Shown here: positions 1-9,093 of the stretch, in pieces
Layout: every line of letters begins with the position of its first letter
How positions within the stretch are numbered: the stretch's first letter is position 1
NCBI GenBank assembly: GCA_965277715.1
Contig: OZ255836.1
Span: 2,272,001 to 2,336,000, forward strand
Direction of reading: 5' to 3'
Length of the DNA stretch: 64,000 bases
Source: Gammaproteobacteria bacterium
GTDB lineage: Bacteria; Pseudomonadota; Gammaproteobacteria; JBCCGL01
The notes under the pieces: generated by a model
The model's database searches: none
What the model was told of the DNA's origin: nothing
What the model saw: the letters and a program-made list of their open reading frames with translations, nothing else
Made by a program: the position numbers and the translations under genes

Positions 1-910
1 GCCGGTGATCCCGGGTAAAGCGCATCGTGATACCGGCAAAGGCATTGGCCGGTGTTAACCCCCAGTTTTCTTCACAGCCCAGTGCGCTGCGCTGCGCAGC
101 GGTCAAGCGTTGGCTCAAGCTGGCATTGGCGGCAAAGGTCAGCAGTTTGCGTTGATAAAAACCAAAGCGGTCGGCAAAACCGTTCACACATAAGATCAAT
201 TTGCTGGCAGACACCTGCCCTTTTGCCGTGCGCAGTTTCACCCCGCCGTTGTTCTCCAGCGCGACTACCGGGGAGTTTTCGTACAGTGTCACGTTTTCCG
301 GCAACGTATCCGCCAGCCCCCTCACCAGCGCCGCCGGGTTGAGCAGGCGACAGCCGGGAGTGTGCACCGCTGCGGCAAAATGCCGGGTGCCCAGCCGTTT
401 ATCCAGGTCGGTTTTATCGATCCATTGGTAGCGCTCGCCGAGCGCATCCAGCTCCCGGGCAAAGGGTTCGAGCACCTCACTCACCCCCTGCGGGCTAACA
501 GCCGCGTGGTATTTTCCCGGTTGGCTCCAATCGCACTCAATCGCGTATCGGTCGATCTGCGCCTGATGGTAATCAATCGCCGCCCGCGCCAGTGCCATAA
601 ACCGGTGCGACCCCTGCAGCTCCTCCATCGAACTCCCCACGTTGTGGGGCAGGTCGATAGCAAAACCAGAATTGCGACCGGATGCCCCCTCGCCCACCTG
701 ATTCGCCTCCAGCAAGACAACGCGGTCCTGCGGGCGATTCTCTGCTAGGCGGCGCGCAGCGGACACCCCGGCAAAACCGCCACCGACAACCACCCAATCG
801 GCTTTCTCCACAGTACTTAACGGTGCCTGCACCTCGCGTGGCGCGAGAATCCGACTCCAGCCATTTTCATCGTCATCTCGCGGCAATTGCTTAATAGCGT
901 GCACCGACAC
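1..910 (-). CDS. FAD-dependent oxidoreductase, DadA/PuuB/OrdL-like (partial, runs off left edge)
   Basis: Not in the ORF track. Manual translation from GTG at 910 gives MSVHAIKQLPRDDDENGWSRIL...DWVVVGGGFAGVSAARRL...LLEANQVGEGASGRNSGF, with the GxGxxG and GASGRNxG motifs. It starts 3 nt after the upstream cupin stop. Confidence 0.85.
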   Translation of the reverse strand, partial: MSVHAIKQLPRDDDENGWSRILAPREVQAPLSTVEKADWVVVGGGFAGVSAARRLAENRPQDRVVLLEANQVGEGASGRNSGFAIDLPHNVGSSMEELQGSHRFMALARAAIDYHQAQIDRYAIECDWSQPGKYHAAVSPQGVSEVLEPFARELDALGERYQWIDKTDLDKRLGTRHFAAAVHTPGCRLLNPAALVRGLADTLPENVTLYENSPVVALENNGGVKLRTAKGQVSASKLILCVNGFADRFGFYQRKLLTFAANASLSQRLTAAQRSALGCEENWGLTPANAFAGITMRFTRDHR

Positions 911-913
911 AAC

Positions 914-1273
914 CTATCCCTCGTTCCAGTTAGCGGGTTGTACGGCGTAAGCCACCAGTGCGCTTTCTGATACATACGTCAGCGCAGTACCCGCCGGTAA
1001 CCACAAGCTGTCGAGTGGGTGCAGTTCATGCACCTCGCCCGCTGTGTGTACCTTCAAAACACCCTCAATCACTGTCAATACTTCGTCGTAGTGAATCGTC
1101 CACGGAATATGTGCCTGTTTAAACCGCGCAAAGCCGGTGCCGAGCGCCGACCCATCCTTCTCACCACAGGTTTCCACCACCTCGGCCATATGCCCGTACT
1201 CAAAACGCGGCATAAACGTGAGATCGGCGAATCGCTCGACCCGAACCGGAGCTTTTATCGGCTTAGACGACAT
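914..1273 (-). CDS. EutQ-like cupin protein
   Basis: LGTGFARF...IPWTIHYDEVLTVIEG motif typical of EutQ cupins; 119 aa. Confidence 0.8.
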   Translation of the reverse strand: MSSKPIKAPVRVERFADLTFMPRFEYGHMAEVVETCGEKDGSALGTGFARFKQAHIPWTIHYDEVLTVIEGVLKVHTAGEVHELHPLDSLWLPAGTALTYVSESALVAYAVQPANWNEG

Positions 1274-1405
1274 AGTGGTATTCTCTTGTTAGAAAAAATA
1301 TAAACTCGTACATTCAATTTTATACGCGCTGTAAAATCCATTTGCAATGGACATCAGCCCTCTGCAATCAGCCCCTCTATTCGAATAACCCGGAGACACA
1401 GCATC

Positions 1406-2944
1406 ATGCCCCGTCGTTCCAGAAGGCACCCGACACCAAACGCATCCACACAGCCCGATGCCAGCAAACGCAATACCGCTTACCGCGCACTGAAAAACCC
1501 CCTCATCCGGCAACCCGCCTTTTCACAGGATCGACTCCAGGCCATCCACCAAACCGCCCTACGCGTTATCCAGCAACTCGGCATTCGCGTGCTCAACGAC
1601 GAGGCGCGCCGCCGGTTTAAACAGGCCGGTGCACGCGTCGATGACAACACCCTGATGGTGCATATCGACCCGGCGATAATTGAATCGGCCCTCGCAACCG
1701 CCCCCAGCGAATTTGTATTACACGGCGCAACACCACAACACAACGTGACACTGGGGGGCGACAACATCGCCTTTGTCAGCGTCGGCGGTCCACCCCATAT
1801 CAGCGACCTCGACCGTGGCAAACGCAACGGCGCGCTGGAGGACACACGCAACATCATCAAACTATCACAACACTTTGATGTCATGCACATACAATCCCCC
1901 AACGTCGAACCACAAGACATTCCACTGCCGATCCGCCACCTGCACACCACCGAAAGCCAGCTCACACTCAGCCAAAAACCCTTCTTTATTTTTTCACGCG
2001 GCACCCCCCAGGTTGACGACGCCTTTGCGATGACGCGCATCGCACGCGGCCTCAGCGAAGCGCAATTCCGTGAGCGCGCCTACTGCTACACCGTAATCAA
2101 CACCAACTCCCCCCGGCAGCTAGACATTCCCATGTGCCAGGGCATCATCGACTTTGCCGAGGCCGGGCAAATGTCCGTCATTACACCGTTCACCCTGGCG
2201 GGCGCCATGGCCCCCGTCACCATGCCCGGCGCATTGGTATTGCAGCACGCCGAAGCACTGGCGGGCATTACCCTGGCGCAAATCGTGCGCCCCGGCGCGC
2301 CCGTGGTATACGGCTCGTTCACCTCAAATGTCGACATGAAATCCGGCGCGCCCGCCTTCGGCACCCCCGAGTTTGTCCAGGCGGCCTTCGGCGCCGGGCA
2401 GTTGGCCCGGCATATCAAACTCCCCTGGCGCGGCTCGGCGGCGACAGCCTCCAACGCCCCGGACGAACAGTCCGTCTACGAATTTATGATGTCCGCCTGG
2501 GGCAGTGTTTTAGGCGGAGTGAATATGTTGATTCACTCGGCTGGCTGGCTGGAAGGTGGGCTGACAGCCTCAATGGAGAAATACATACTCGATATTGAAA
2601 TGTTACAAATATTTGCAGAAATTTTTCAACCGCTGGTAAGCGATGATCCAGCCCTGGCCTTTGAGGCCATCGCCAGCGTCGAACCTGGCGGGCACTTCTT
2701 TGGTTGCGAGCACACCATGTCGCGTTATCAAAATGCCTTTTACACCCCCCTGGTTTCCGACTGGAGCAACTACGGCACCTGGCAGGAAAATGGCAGCAAA
2801 ACCGCCACGCAGCGCGCCAATGGCATTTGGAAAAAAATACTCAATGAATTTGAAGCACCGCCAATGGATGCGGGGGTTTACGAGGAATTGCAGGCATTTG
2901 TACGCAAACGTACAGATGAAGGGGGGGCGCCGCCGGAGTCTTAG
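1406..2944 (+). CDS. Trimethylamine methyltransferase (MttB) superfamily protein, non-pyrrolysine (MtgB-like)
   Basis: INTNSPRQLD, TPFTLAGAMAPVT, GSFTSNVDMKSGAPAFGTPE, HSAGWLEGGL and GGHFFG motifs; no in-frame TAG. Confidence 0.93.
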   Translation: MPRRSRRHPTPNASTQPDASKRNTAYRALKNPLIRQPAFSQDRLQAIHQTALRVIQQLGIRVLNDEARRRFKQAGARVDDNTLMVHIDPAIIESALATAPSEFVLHGATPQHNVTLGGDNIAFVSVGGPPHISDLDRGKRNGALEDTRNIIKLSQHFDVMHIQSPNVEPQDIPLPIRHLHTTESQLTLSQKPFFIFSRGTPQVDDAFAMTRIARGLSEAQFRERAYCYTVINTNSPRQLDIPMCQGIIDFAEAGQMSVITPFTLAGAMAPVTMPGALVLQHAEALAGITLAQIVRPGAPVVYGSFTSNVDMKSGAPAFGTPEFVQAAFGAGQLARHIKLPWRGSAATASNAPDEQSVYEFMMSAWGSVLGGVNMLIHSAGWLEGGLTASMEKYILDIEMLQIFAEIFQPLVSDDPALAFEAIASVEPGGHFFGCEHTMSRYQNAFYTPLVSDWSNYGTWQENGSKTATQRANGIWKKILNEFEAPPMDAGVYEELQAFVRKRTDEGGAPPES

Positions 2945-2980
2945 CCCTTCCCAGCGGTTTACCCTGCTGCTGAACACCAT

Positions 2981-3033
2981 CGTCTTCAGCACCTTAGACG
3001 CCCTCGCTACGATTCAACTGCGAAATTTAGGCT
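2981..3033. repeat. Partial copy of the palindromic MITE-like element
   Basis: cgtcttcagcaccttagacgccctcgctacgattcaactgcgaaatttaggct matches the reverse complement of about 47876-47928 with about 4 mismatches. Confidence 0.85.
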
Positions 3034-3107
3034 TACTAACGCAAATAACACTATCTGCATGGTTTGAGTAGCTGGTACATATTTGACCCATCGCGTACTA
3101 TCGCACC

Positions 3108-4067
3108 ATGCAAATCGCCAACCCAATCTACGATGTCGTCTTCAAGTACCTGATGGCCGACGAGCGCGCCGCCAAGCTGATTATTGGTGAAATCATCGGT
3201 ATGGACGTCATCGACATCGCCCTGCAACCGCAAGAGCGCCTGGCCAACCTGACTGAAAAAAACCTCACCGTCTACCGACTCGATTTTTCCGCCAGGGTTA
3301 AAACCCGCGATGGGCAGTTCAAACAAGTCATTATTGAAATCCAGAAAGCCAAATACACCAGCGATATTATGCGCTTCCGGCGCTACCTGGGGCAGCAGTA
3401 CAGCGATGAAAAAAACGTCCACGCGACTGTTTCGGCCACGGGGCACAGCACATATCAGGCGCTGCCGATTATTACCATCTACTTTTTGGGTCATACGCTC
3501 AACCACTGCACAGCATCCGTTATCAAAGTAGGCCGAATCTATACCGATGCGATTACCGGCGAAACACTGGCCGACAAAGAAACCTTTATCGAAAGCCTGA
3601 CCCACGACAGCTATGTGGTACAAATTCCCTACCTGAAAGCCCAACGCCGCAACGACCTGGAGAAACTACTGGAAATATTCGACCAGGACCTACAGGTGGA
3701 GAACAGACACAGACTGTCGATTGATGAGACGCTGTTTCCAAAGAAATACCACGTATTGATCAGGCGTTTGCAGGCGGCGATTAGCGAACCAGAGGTTATC
3801 GACACCATGCAGATTGAAGACGAGATACTGCTGGAACTGCAAAACAAGGAACGCGAGATCGAGGCAAAAGAACAACTGGTTGAAGAACAAAGCAAAGCGC
3901 TTGAGGAAAAAGACCAGGCGCTTGAGAAGAAAGACCAGATAGTCAAAGAACAAGGACAAGCGCTTGAGAAGAGAGACCAAATAGTCAAAGAACAAGGGGA
4001 GGCACTTGAAGAAAAAAACAAATTAATCGACGAACTAAAAAGCCAACTCAAGAAGCTAACTGATTGA
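3108..4067 (+). CDS. Rpn-like PD-(D/E)XK nuclease-family protein (PDDEXK_2 type) with coiled-coil repeat tail
   Basis: N-terminal NPIYDVVFKYL, RLDF...IIEIQKA (D...ExQ catalytic pattern), RFRRY; C-terminal ALEEKDQ/IVKEQGQ heptads. Confidence 0.8.
   Translation: MQIANPIYDVVFKYLMADERAAKLIIGEIIGMDVIDIALQPQERLANLTEKNLTVYRLDFSARVKTRDGQFKQVIIEIQKAKYTSDIMRFRRYLGQQYSDEKNVHATVSATGHSTYQALPIITIYFLGHTLNHCTASVIKVGRIYTDAITGETLADKETFIESLTHDSYVVQIPYLKAQRRNDLEKLLEIFDQDLQVENRHRLSIDETLFPKKYHVLIRRLQAAISEPEVIDTMQIEDEILLELQNKEREIEAKEQLVEEQSKALEEKDQALEKKDQIVKEQGQALEKRDQIVKEQGEALEEKNKLIDELKSQLKKLTD
3870..4022 (+). repeat. 21/42-bp intragenic tandem repeats encoding heptads
   Basis: gcgcttgagaagaaagaccagatagtcaaagaacaagga followed by gcgcttgagaagagagaccaaatagtcaaagaacaaggg, plus related 21-bp modules. 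Confidence 0.85.
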
Positions 4068-4109
4068 AACCAATACCCCGTCAATCCAAAATTGACACTG
4101 TATTAACGC

Positions 4110-4523
4110 TTACAGACTCTCTTCACAATCCAGACAAACCCCACTAATTTCCAATAGCGCATTTTTCATCGAAAACGCCGCGCCGTCAGCCAGCGACTGC
4201 AACCACTCGGGCAGGTGGTCGTCAGCCAGCTCGATAACGCTGCCACACTGCGCACAAATGGCAAAGGCAACCACCGCATGGCTGCCACATTCCGGGCGCT
4301 GGCAGGCGACAAACGCATTCAAACTCTCCAGGCGGTGGACAACCCCCAGCTCGGTCAACTTTGCCAATGCCCGGTACACCTGTTGTGGGGCGGCAATACC
4401 CTGATCGCGCAATTTGTCGAGCAGTGAATAGGCCGTTAACGGATCATTGGAACGACCCAATTGCGCCAGCACCAGTGATTGATTGCGTGTCAATTCGACT
4501 GTGTGGCCTTGCTTATTATTCAT
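4110..4523 (-). CDS. zur: Zinc uptake regulator (Fur family)
   Basis: VYRAL, HRLESLNAFVAC and two CxxC motifs; co-oriented downstream of znuCB. Confidence 0.92.
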   Translation of the reverse strand: MNNKQGHTVELTRNQSLVLAQLGRSNDPLTAYSLLDKLRDQGIAAPQQVYRALAKLTELGVVHRLESLNAFVACQRPECGSHAVVAFAICAQCGSVIELADDHLPEWLQSLADGAAFSMKNALLEISGVCLDCEESL

Positions 4524-4532
4524 AATATGGAT

Positions 4533-5330
4533 TCACAATTGGCGCCGACCCGGCCGGTACAACAAACTAACAATAAACAACAACAGCGCCGCCACAACAA
4601 TAGACGGACCGGAAGGCGTATTCCACTCAAGTGAACCAAACAACCCACCGAATACCGCCACCAGCCCAATCAACGACGCGATAACCGCCATACCCTCCGG
4701 GTTCAACGCAAAGCGGCGGGCCGTCGCCGCCGGAATAATAAACAGCGCGGTAATCAACAAAACGCCCACAATTTTTATCGAAATAGCAATCACCGTGGCA
4801 ATCAACAACATAAACGCAAGATTGGCGCGCTTCGCTGGCAAACCCTCAGCCTCGGCGATCTCCGCACTCACCGTAGCGGCAAACAAAGGCCGCCATATCC
4901 ACACCAACACACCCAGCGCCAGCGCACCGCCCGCGTAAATAATCGCAATATCCATTGTCGAAACGGCGAGAATATCACCAAATAAAAACCCCATAAGATC
5001 GACCCGCACCCACGTCATAAAAGCCAATATCACCAAACCCAAGGCCAGCGAAGCATGCGCGAGTAAACCCAACAACGCATCCGAGGAAAGGCTCTGCATA
5101 CGTTGTAACAGCAGCAGCGCGCTGGAAACCACCACCGCCACCACCAATACCGCCAATGTGGTATTGACCTCAAACGCCAGTGAGAGCGCGACCCCCAGCA
5201 AGGCCGAGTGCGCTACCGTATCACCGTAATACGCCATGCGACGCCAGATCACGAAACAACCCAATGGCCCCGCCACCAGGGCCACCCCCACACCCGCGAC
5301 CAGTGCACGGATAAAAAAATCATCAAACAT
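4533..5330 (-). CDS. znuB: Zinc ABC transporter permease
   Basis: GPLGCFVIWRRMAYYGDTVAHSALLG, DLMGFLFGDIL, TPSGPSIV. Confidence 0.95.
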   Translation of the reverse strand: MFDDFFIRALVAGVGVALVAGPLGCFVIWRRMAYYGDTVAHSALLGVALSLAFEVNTTLAVLVVAVVVSSALLLLQRMQSLSSDALLGLLAHASLALGLVILAFMTWVRVDLMGFLFGDILAVSTMDIAIIYAGGALALGVLVWIWRPLFAATVSAEIAEAEGLPAKRANLAFMLLIATVIAISIKIVGVLLITALFIIPAATARRFALNPEGMAVIASLIGLVAVFGGLFGSLEWNTPSGPSIVVAALLLFIVSLLYRPGRRQL

Positions 5331-6108
5331 GGTTCACCCCCACTGCATCCTTTGCATCATCCACACCCTCAACACAGCCATTGAGGTGGTGGCTGTGGTC
5401 GTGATGATGGCGATAAATGGCCAATGCCGAAGCGGCCTTGTCGCCAAATAAGCGCTGATACGCCGGGTTTTCGACGACGGCGCTGGGGTGACCCTGGCAG
5501 CAAATATGCCCATTGAGGCACAACACTTTATCGGTTGAGGCCATCACCACGTGCAGATCGTGGGAAATTAATAATACGCCACTGCCCAGCTCATCCCGGA
5601 TGGCTGAAATAAGTTGGTACATTTGAATCTCACCGGAAAAATCGACACCTTGAACTGGTTCATCCAATACCAAAAGATCCGGCTTGCGTGCAATCGCACG
5701 CGCCAGCAGCGCCCGCTGAAATTCACCACCAGACAGCGTGCGCAGCCCGGATTTAGCCAAATGCGCAATACCTGTGCGTTCGAGTGCCGGGTGAATCTCC
5801 GCCGCCGATAAACGCCCGGTCAAACACATAAACTTTTCCACCGATAATGGCAGAGTCCAGTCTACCGACACACGTTGCGGCACGTAGCCAACCCGCAGTG
5901 AAGGCAAACGCTGCACACGCCCCTCATCCGGGGGCAATATACCCAGCGCCATTTTGGCGGTGGTGGATTTTCCCGAGCCGTTAGGGCCAATCAAGGTCAC
6001 TATCTCGCCCCGGTTGAGTGTCAAATCGACATCACGCACCAGCCAGCGCCCCTGGCGCACAATACCGGCATGGCTGAGTTGAAAGAGCGATTCAGGTAGT
6101 TTCGGCAC
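5323..6108 (-). CDS. znuC: Zinc ABC transporter ATPase
   Basis: GPNGSGKST, LSGGEFQR, LDEP, C-terminal His-rich HHHDHSHH. Confidence 0.95.
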   Translation of the reverse strand: MPKLPESLFQLSHAGIVRQGRWLVRDVDLTLNRGEIVTLIGPNGSGKSTTAKMALGILPPDEGRVQRLPSLRVGYVPQRVSVDWTLPLSVEKFMCLTGRLSAAEIHPALERTGIAHLAKSGLRTLSGGEFQRALLARAIARKPDLLVLDEPVQGVDFSGEIQMYQLISAIRDELGSGVLLISHDLHVVMASTDKVLCLNGHICCQGHPSAVVENPAYQRLFGDKAASALAIYRHHHDHSHHLNGCVEGVDDAKDAVGVNHV

Positions 6109-6138
6109 AATGATTCCAAATGCTTGTAAAATATTTTT

Positions 6139-6183
6139 GAAATGTTATAACATAACACATTGATGTTACTTTATAACATAACA
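6139..6183. promoter_or_regulatory. Two tandem Zur boxes
   Basis: GAAATGTTATA-A-CATAACACAT and GATGTTACT-T-TATAACATA resemble the Zur palindrome GAAATGTTATA-N-TATAACATTTC; they lie between divergent znuC and znuA. Confidence 0.85.
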
Positions 6184-6397
6184 GAAATACAGGCGTTGGC
6201 TGTGGATGAACACCCCACCCCTGGCCCCTCTTTAGCAAAGAAGGGGGGGGATGGCTTCGATAACGTGAGTAATGGCACCAGCGCTTTCCCTTAACCTAAA
6301 TTCCGCAAAAGCAACTTATTAATTGCTATTGAGCGAAAAAGAAACTAACGATTTTCCCATTGAATCCAATTAATAATAATCAGCGAACAAAATAAAA

Positions 6398-7306
6398 ATG
6401 CGTAAAACAGCCATTCAATTAACCGCCGCCTGCGTGCTGGCTTTTGCTATAAATACAGCAGCAGCGGACATCAATGTCGTCGTTTCGATCAAACCGGTTC
6501 ACTCGCTGGTCTCCGCCCTTATGCAGGGGACAGGCACACCGTTATTGATTGTCACCGGCGCCGAATCACCCCACAGCGACAGCCTCAAACCATCCCAGGC
6601 GAGCGCCATTGCAAGCGCCGATGTACTGTTTTGGGTTGGCCCCCAGTTAGAAACGTTTCTGCAAAAACCGCTTAAAATCATCGGTGTGCAGGCGACAGTC
6701 ATCACCCTACTCGATACCCCAGGGCTGATTAAACTGCCACAGCGTGAAGGTGGCGGCTTTGCAGAGCACACCGGGCATAACCATGCAGCGCACGAGGTGG
6801 ATACCCATATTTGGCTGGACCCACAGAATGCCAACATCCTGGCCACTAAAATCCACCGCGCCCTGCTTGAAGCTGACCCGGCCAACGCGGCACACTACAC
6901 CGCCAATTTAAACACCGTAACCGCAAAGCTGGATCAACTGACCGCCGAGGTAAAAACAATGCTTAGCCCGGTCACGGGTAAACACCCCATCTTCTTCCAC
7001 GATGCCTATCAGTATTTTGAGCACCGTTTCGGTATAACGGCGGCGGGGGTGATCACCGTCAACCCACATATCATGCCAGGTGCTGGGCGCCTGGCGGATA
7101 TTCAGGCAAAAGTAAAAAAACTGGGGGCTACGTGTGTCTTTTCAGAACCGCAGTTTCAGCCAAAGCTTGTGCAAACCGTTATTGAAGGCAGCAAAGCAAA
7201 ATCGGCCGTGCTTGACCCCCTGGGTTCACACCTGCCCGCCGGGCCGGATTTGTATTTTCAGCTTATTAAAGAAATGGCCAGGTCTGTTTTTACTTGTTTG
7301 CGTTAA
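6398..7306 (+). CDS. znuA: Zinc ABC transporter substrate-binding protein
   Basis: Signal peptide, VVSIKPVHSL, SPH, His loop, HIWLDP, FHDAYQYFE, CVFSEPQF. Confidence 0.95.
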   Translation: MRKTAIQLTAACVLAFAINTAAADINVVVSIKPVHSLVSALMQGTGTPLLIVTGAESPHSDSLKPSQASAIASADVLFWVGPQLETFLQKPLKIIGVQATVITLLDTPGLIKLPQREGGGFAEHTGHNHAAHEVDTHIWLDPQNANILATKIHRALLEADPANAAHYTANLNTVTAKLDQLTAEVKTMLSPVTGKHPIFFHDAYQYFEHRFGITAAGVITVNPHIMPGAGRLADIQAKVKKLGATCVFSEPQFQPKLVQTVIEGSKAKSAVLDPLGSHLPAGPDLYFQLIKEMARSVFTCLR

Positions 7307-7344
7307 TACTTTCTCAACCTGGTGTTGATAGCGTAATATTGAGG

Positions 7345-7712
7345 AATCGCTGTAATCTCATTCGATTTATTCGCTACTTTTTCCTGTCCCAATACCATAC
7401 TGTGGTGGTGCGACCAAGCACTGACCATATAGATCGCTGCCTTGTAACCGCTTTTATTCAGACTTGCTCGCAAACACTTACCGTCAGTAGCAATCACATC
7501 CTGCTCTGTAAGGCTGGCAATATCAGCCACCCAACGCGAAAAACACTGGCTAAACTGTTCGGTGTCCACTACGGCAAAGACATCGCCTAATGTGTCGTGA
7601 GACAGAATACCATTTTGTAAACCTAATACCTTTGTCAGCCACTCCTCATGAGCTTTACCGTATTCCTCTATAGCCACCAATTATCGGCACCTGAAATAAC
7701 TGCACACAGGGT
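7345..7712 (-). pseudogene. ISAs1-family transposase remnant
   Basis: LCAVISGADN then a frameshift at about 7680, then IEEYG...SHDTLGDVF...ATDGKCLRAS...MVSAWS...VLGQ...KSNEITAIP; truncated at both ends. Confidence 0.88.
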
Positions 7713-7847
7713 TAGGAAGAGAATATCCGTGAGTTGGTATTTCTTTTGTCGGTCAACGCGAGGAGGAGAGGTTGCCAAACGCACACTTGCTGATACACTG
7801 GCGCGGCACATTTTCCTGTAAATAACAGTAACGATTGGAGGAATTCA

Positions 7848-8942
7848 ATGAAAAGACGTGACCTTCTTAAGAAAGGCGCATTGGGCCTGGGTGCCGTTGC
7901 CGCATCCACCACCATAGCCGCTCCTGCACTCGCGGCGGGCGCCAAAGAAATCGTAATGGTCTCCACCTGGCCACGTGACTTTCCTGGGCTGGGTACAGGC
8001 GCACAGCGCTTTGCCAAACGCCTCGAAGACATGAGCGATGGTAAATTCAAAGTCACTTACTTCGCCGGTGGCGAGCGCGTTAAACCGTTCGACTCCTTCG
8101 ACGAAGTGGCCTCAGGCAACGCACAGATGTACCACGCCGCCGAGTACTACTGGAAAGGCAAGCACCCAGGCTGGGCGTATTTCACCGCCGTACCGTTTGG
8201 CTTTACCTACACCGAAATGAACGCCTGGATTCGCTTCGGCGGCGGTCAGAGATTGTGGGACGAGCTGGCCAGTGACTTTGGTCTGAAAGGGCTGATGTGC
8301 GGTAATACCGGCGTGCAAATGGGCGGCTGGTTCCGCAAGGAAATGAACAGTGCAGACGATTTTAAAGGCTTAAAAATGCGTATGCCCGGCCTGGGTGGTG
8401 ACGTATTGGCTAAAATGGGCGCCTCACCTGTCTCCCTGCCCGGCTCACAAATCTATGAAAACCTGGTATCCGGTGCTATCGATGCAACCGAATGGGTAGG
8501 CCCCTGGAATGACAGCTTTATGAAATTCTACGAAGCCGCCAAATACTACTACTACCCAGGTATGCACGAGCCTGCCGCGATGCTGGCGTGTGGCATGAAT
8601 AAAAAGTGGTGGGACAGCCTAACCCCTTCCGAGCAGCTAATTGTCGAAGCCGCTGCATCGATGGAAAACGATGTAATGATGGCCGAGTACAATGCCAAAA
8701 ACGGTGCATCACTGGCCAGTTTGATTAACGACCAGGGCGTCAAGTTGAGAAAATTCAACGACGACATCTACGATGCATTTGCCGAGGCCGCTGAAGAAGT
8801 CTATGAGGGTGTAGTCGAGCACGGCCCGCTGGCCAGACGTATCCACGAGAGCTTTCTCGACTCCCGCCAAACGCTGGGTGCCTGGGCGAAGATCTCAGAT
8901 CAGGCTTACGTCGAACAGCGCAACCGTGCGTTGGGTGTTTAA
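7848..8942 (+). CDS. dctP: TRAP transporter substrate-binding protein (TakP-like, Tat signal)
   Basis: KRRDLLK twin-arginine leader; YYWKGK, GNTGVQMGGWF, KMRMPGLGG, ATEWVGPWND. Confidence 0.93.
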   Translation: MKRRDLLKKGALGLGAVAASTTIAAPALAAGAKEIVMVSTWPRDFPGLGTGAQRFAKRLEDMSDGKFKVTYFAGGERVKPFDSFDEVASGNAQMYHAAEYYWKGKHPGWAYFTAVPFGFTYTEMNAWIRFGGGQRLWDELASDFGLKGLMCGNTGVQMGGWFRKEMNSADDFKGLKMRMPGLGGDVLAKMGASPVSLPGSQIYENLVSGAIDATEWVGPWNDSFMKFYEAAKYYYYPGMHEPAAMLACGMNKKWWDSLTPSEQLIVEAAASMENDVMMAEYNAKNGASLASLINDQGVKLRKFNDDIYDAFAEAAEEVYEGVVEHGPLARRIHESFLDSRQTLGAWAKISDQAYVEQRNRALGV

Positions 8943-8975
8943 GCCGGGGGTATAACCCCTCTTGGTAAGTACTAC

Positions 8976-9008
8976 AAAGCGGAGCCTTCAGGCTCCGCTT
9001 TTATTTTA
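8976..9008 (+). terminator. Stem-loop / intrinsic terminator after dctP
   Basis: aaagcggagcc-ttca-ggctccgcttt followed by a T-rich tract. Confidence 0.8.
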
Positions 9009-9093
9009 ATAATACGGTTCCCGGCCAACTTAGACGATAATAAACCGGGCAAGGCTACGTAAACCTAATACCCGTCACCCTTTGGAGGAGCGT

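Noticed and set aside
1406-2944. Pyrrolysine recoding in MttB
   Set aside because: No in-frame TAG and no pyl genes.
3629-4084. Ser/Phe-rich antisense ORFs opposite the Rpn tail
   Set aside because: They are the mirror of the Glu/Lys-rich repeat codons.
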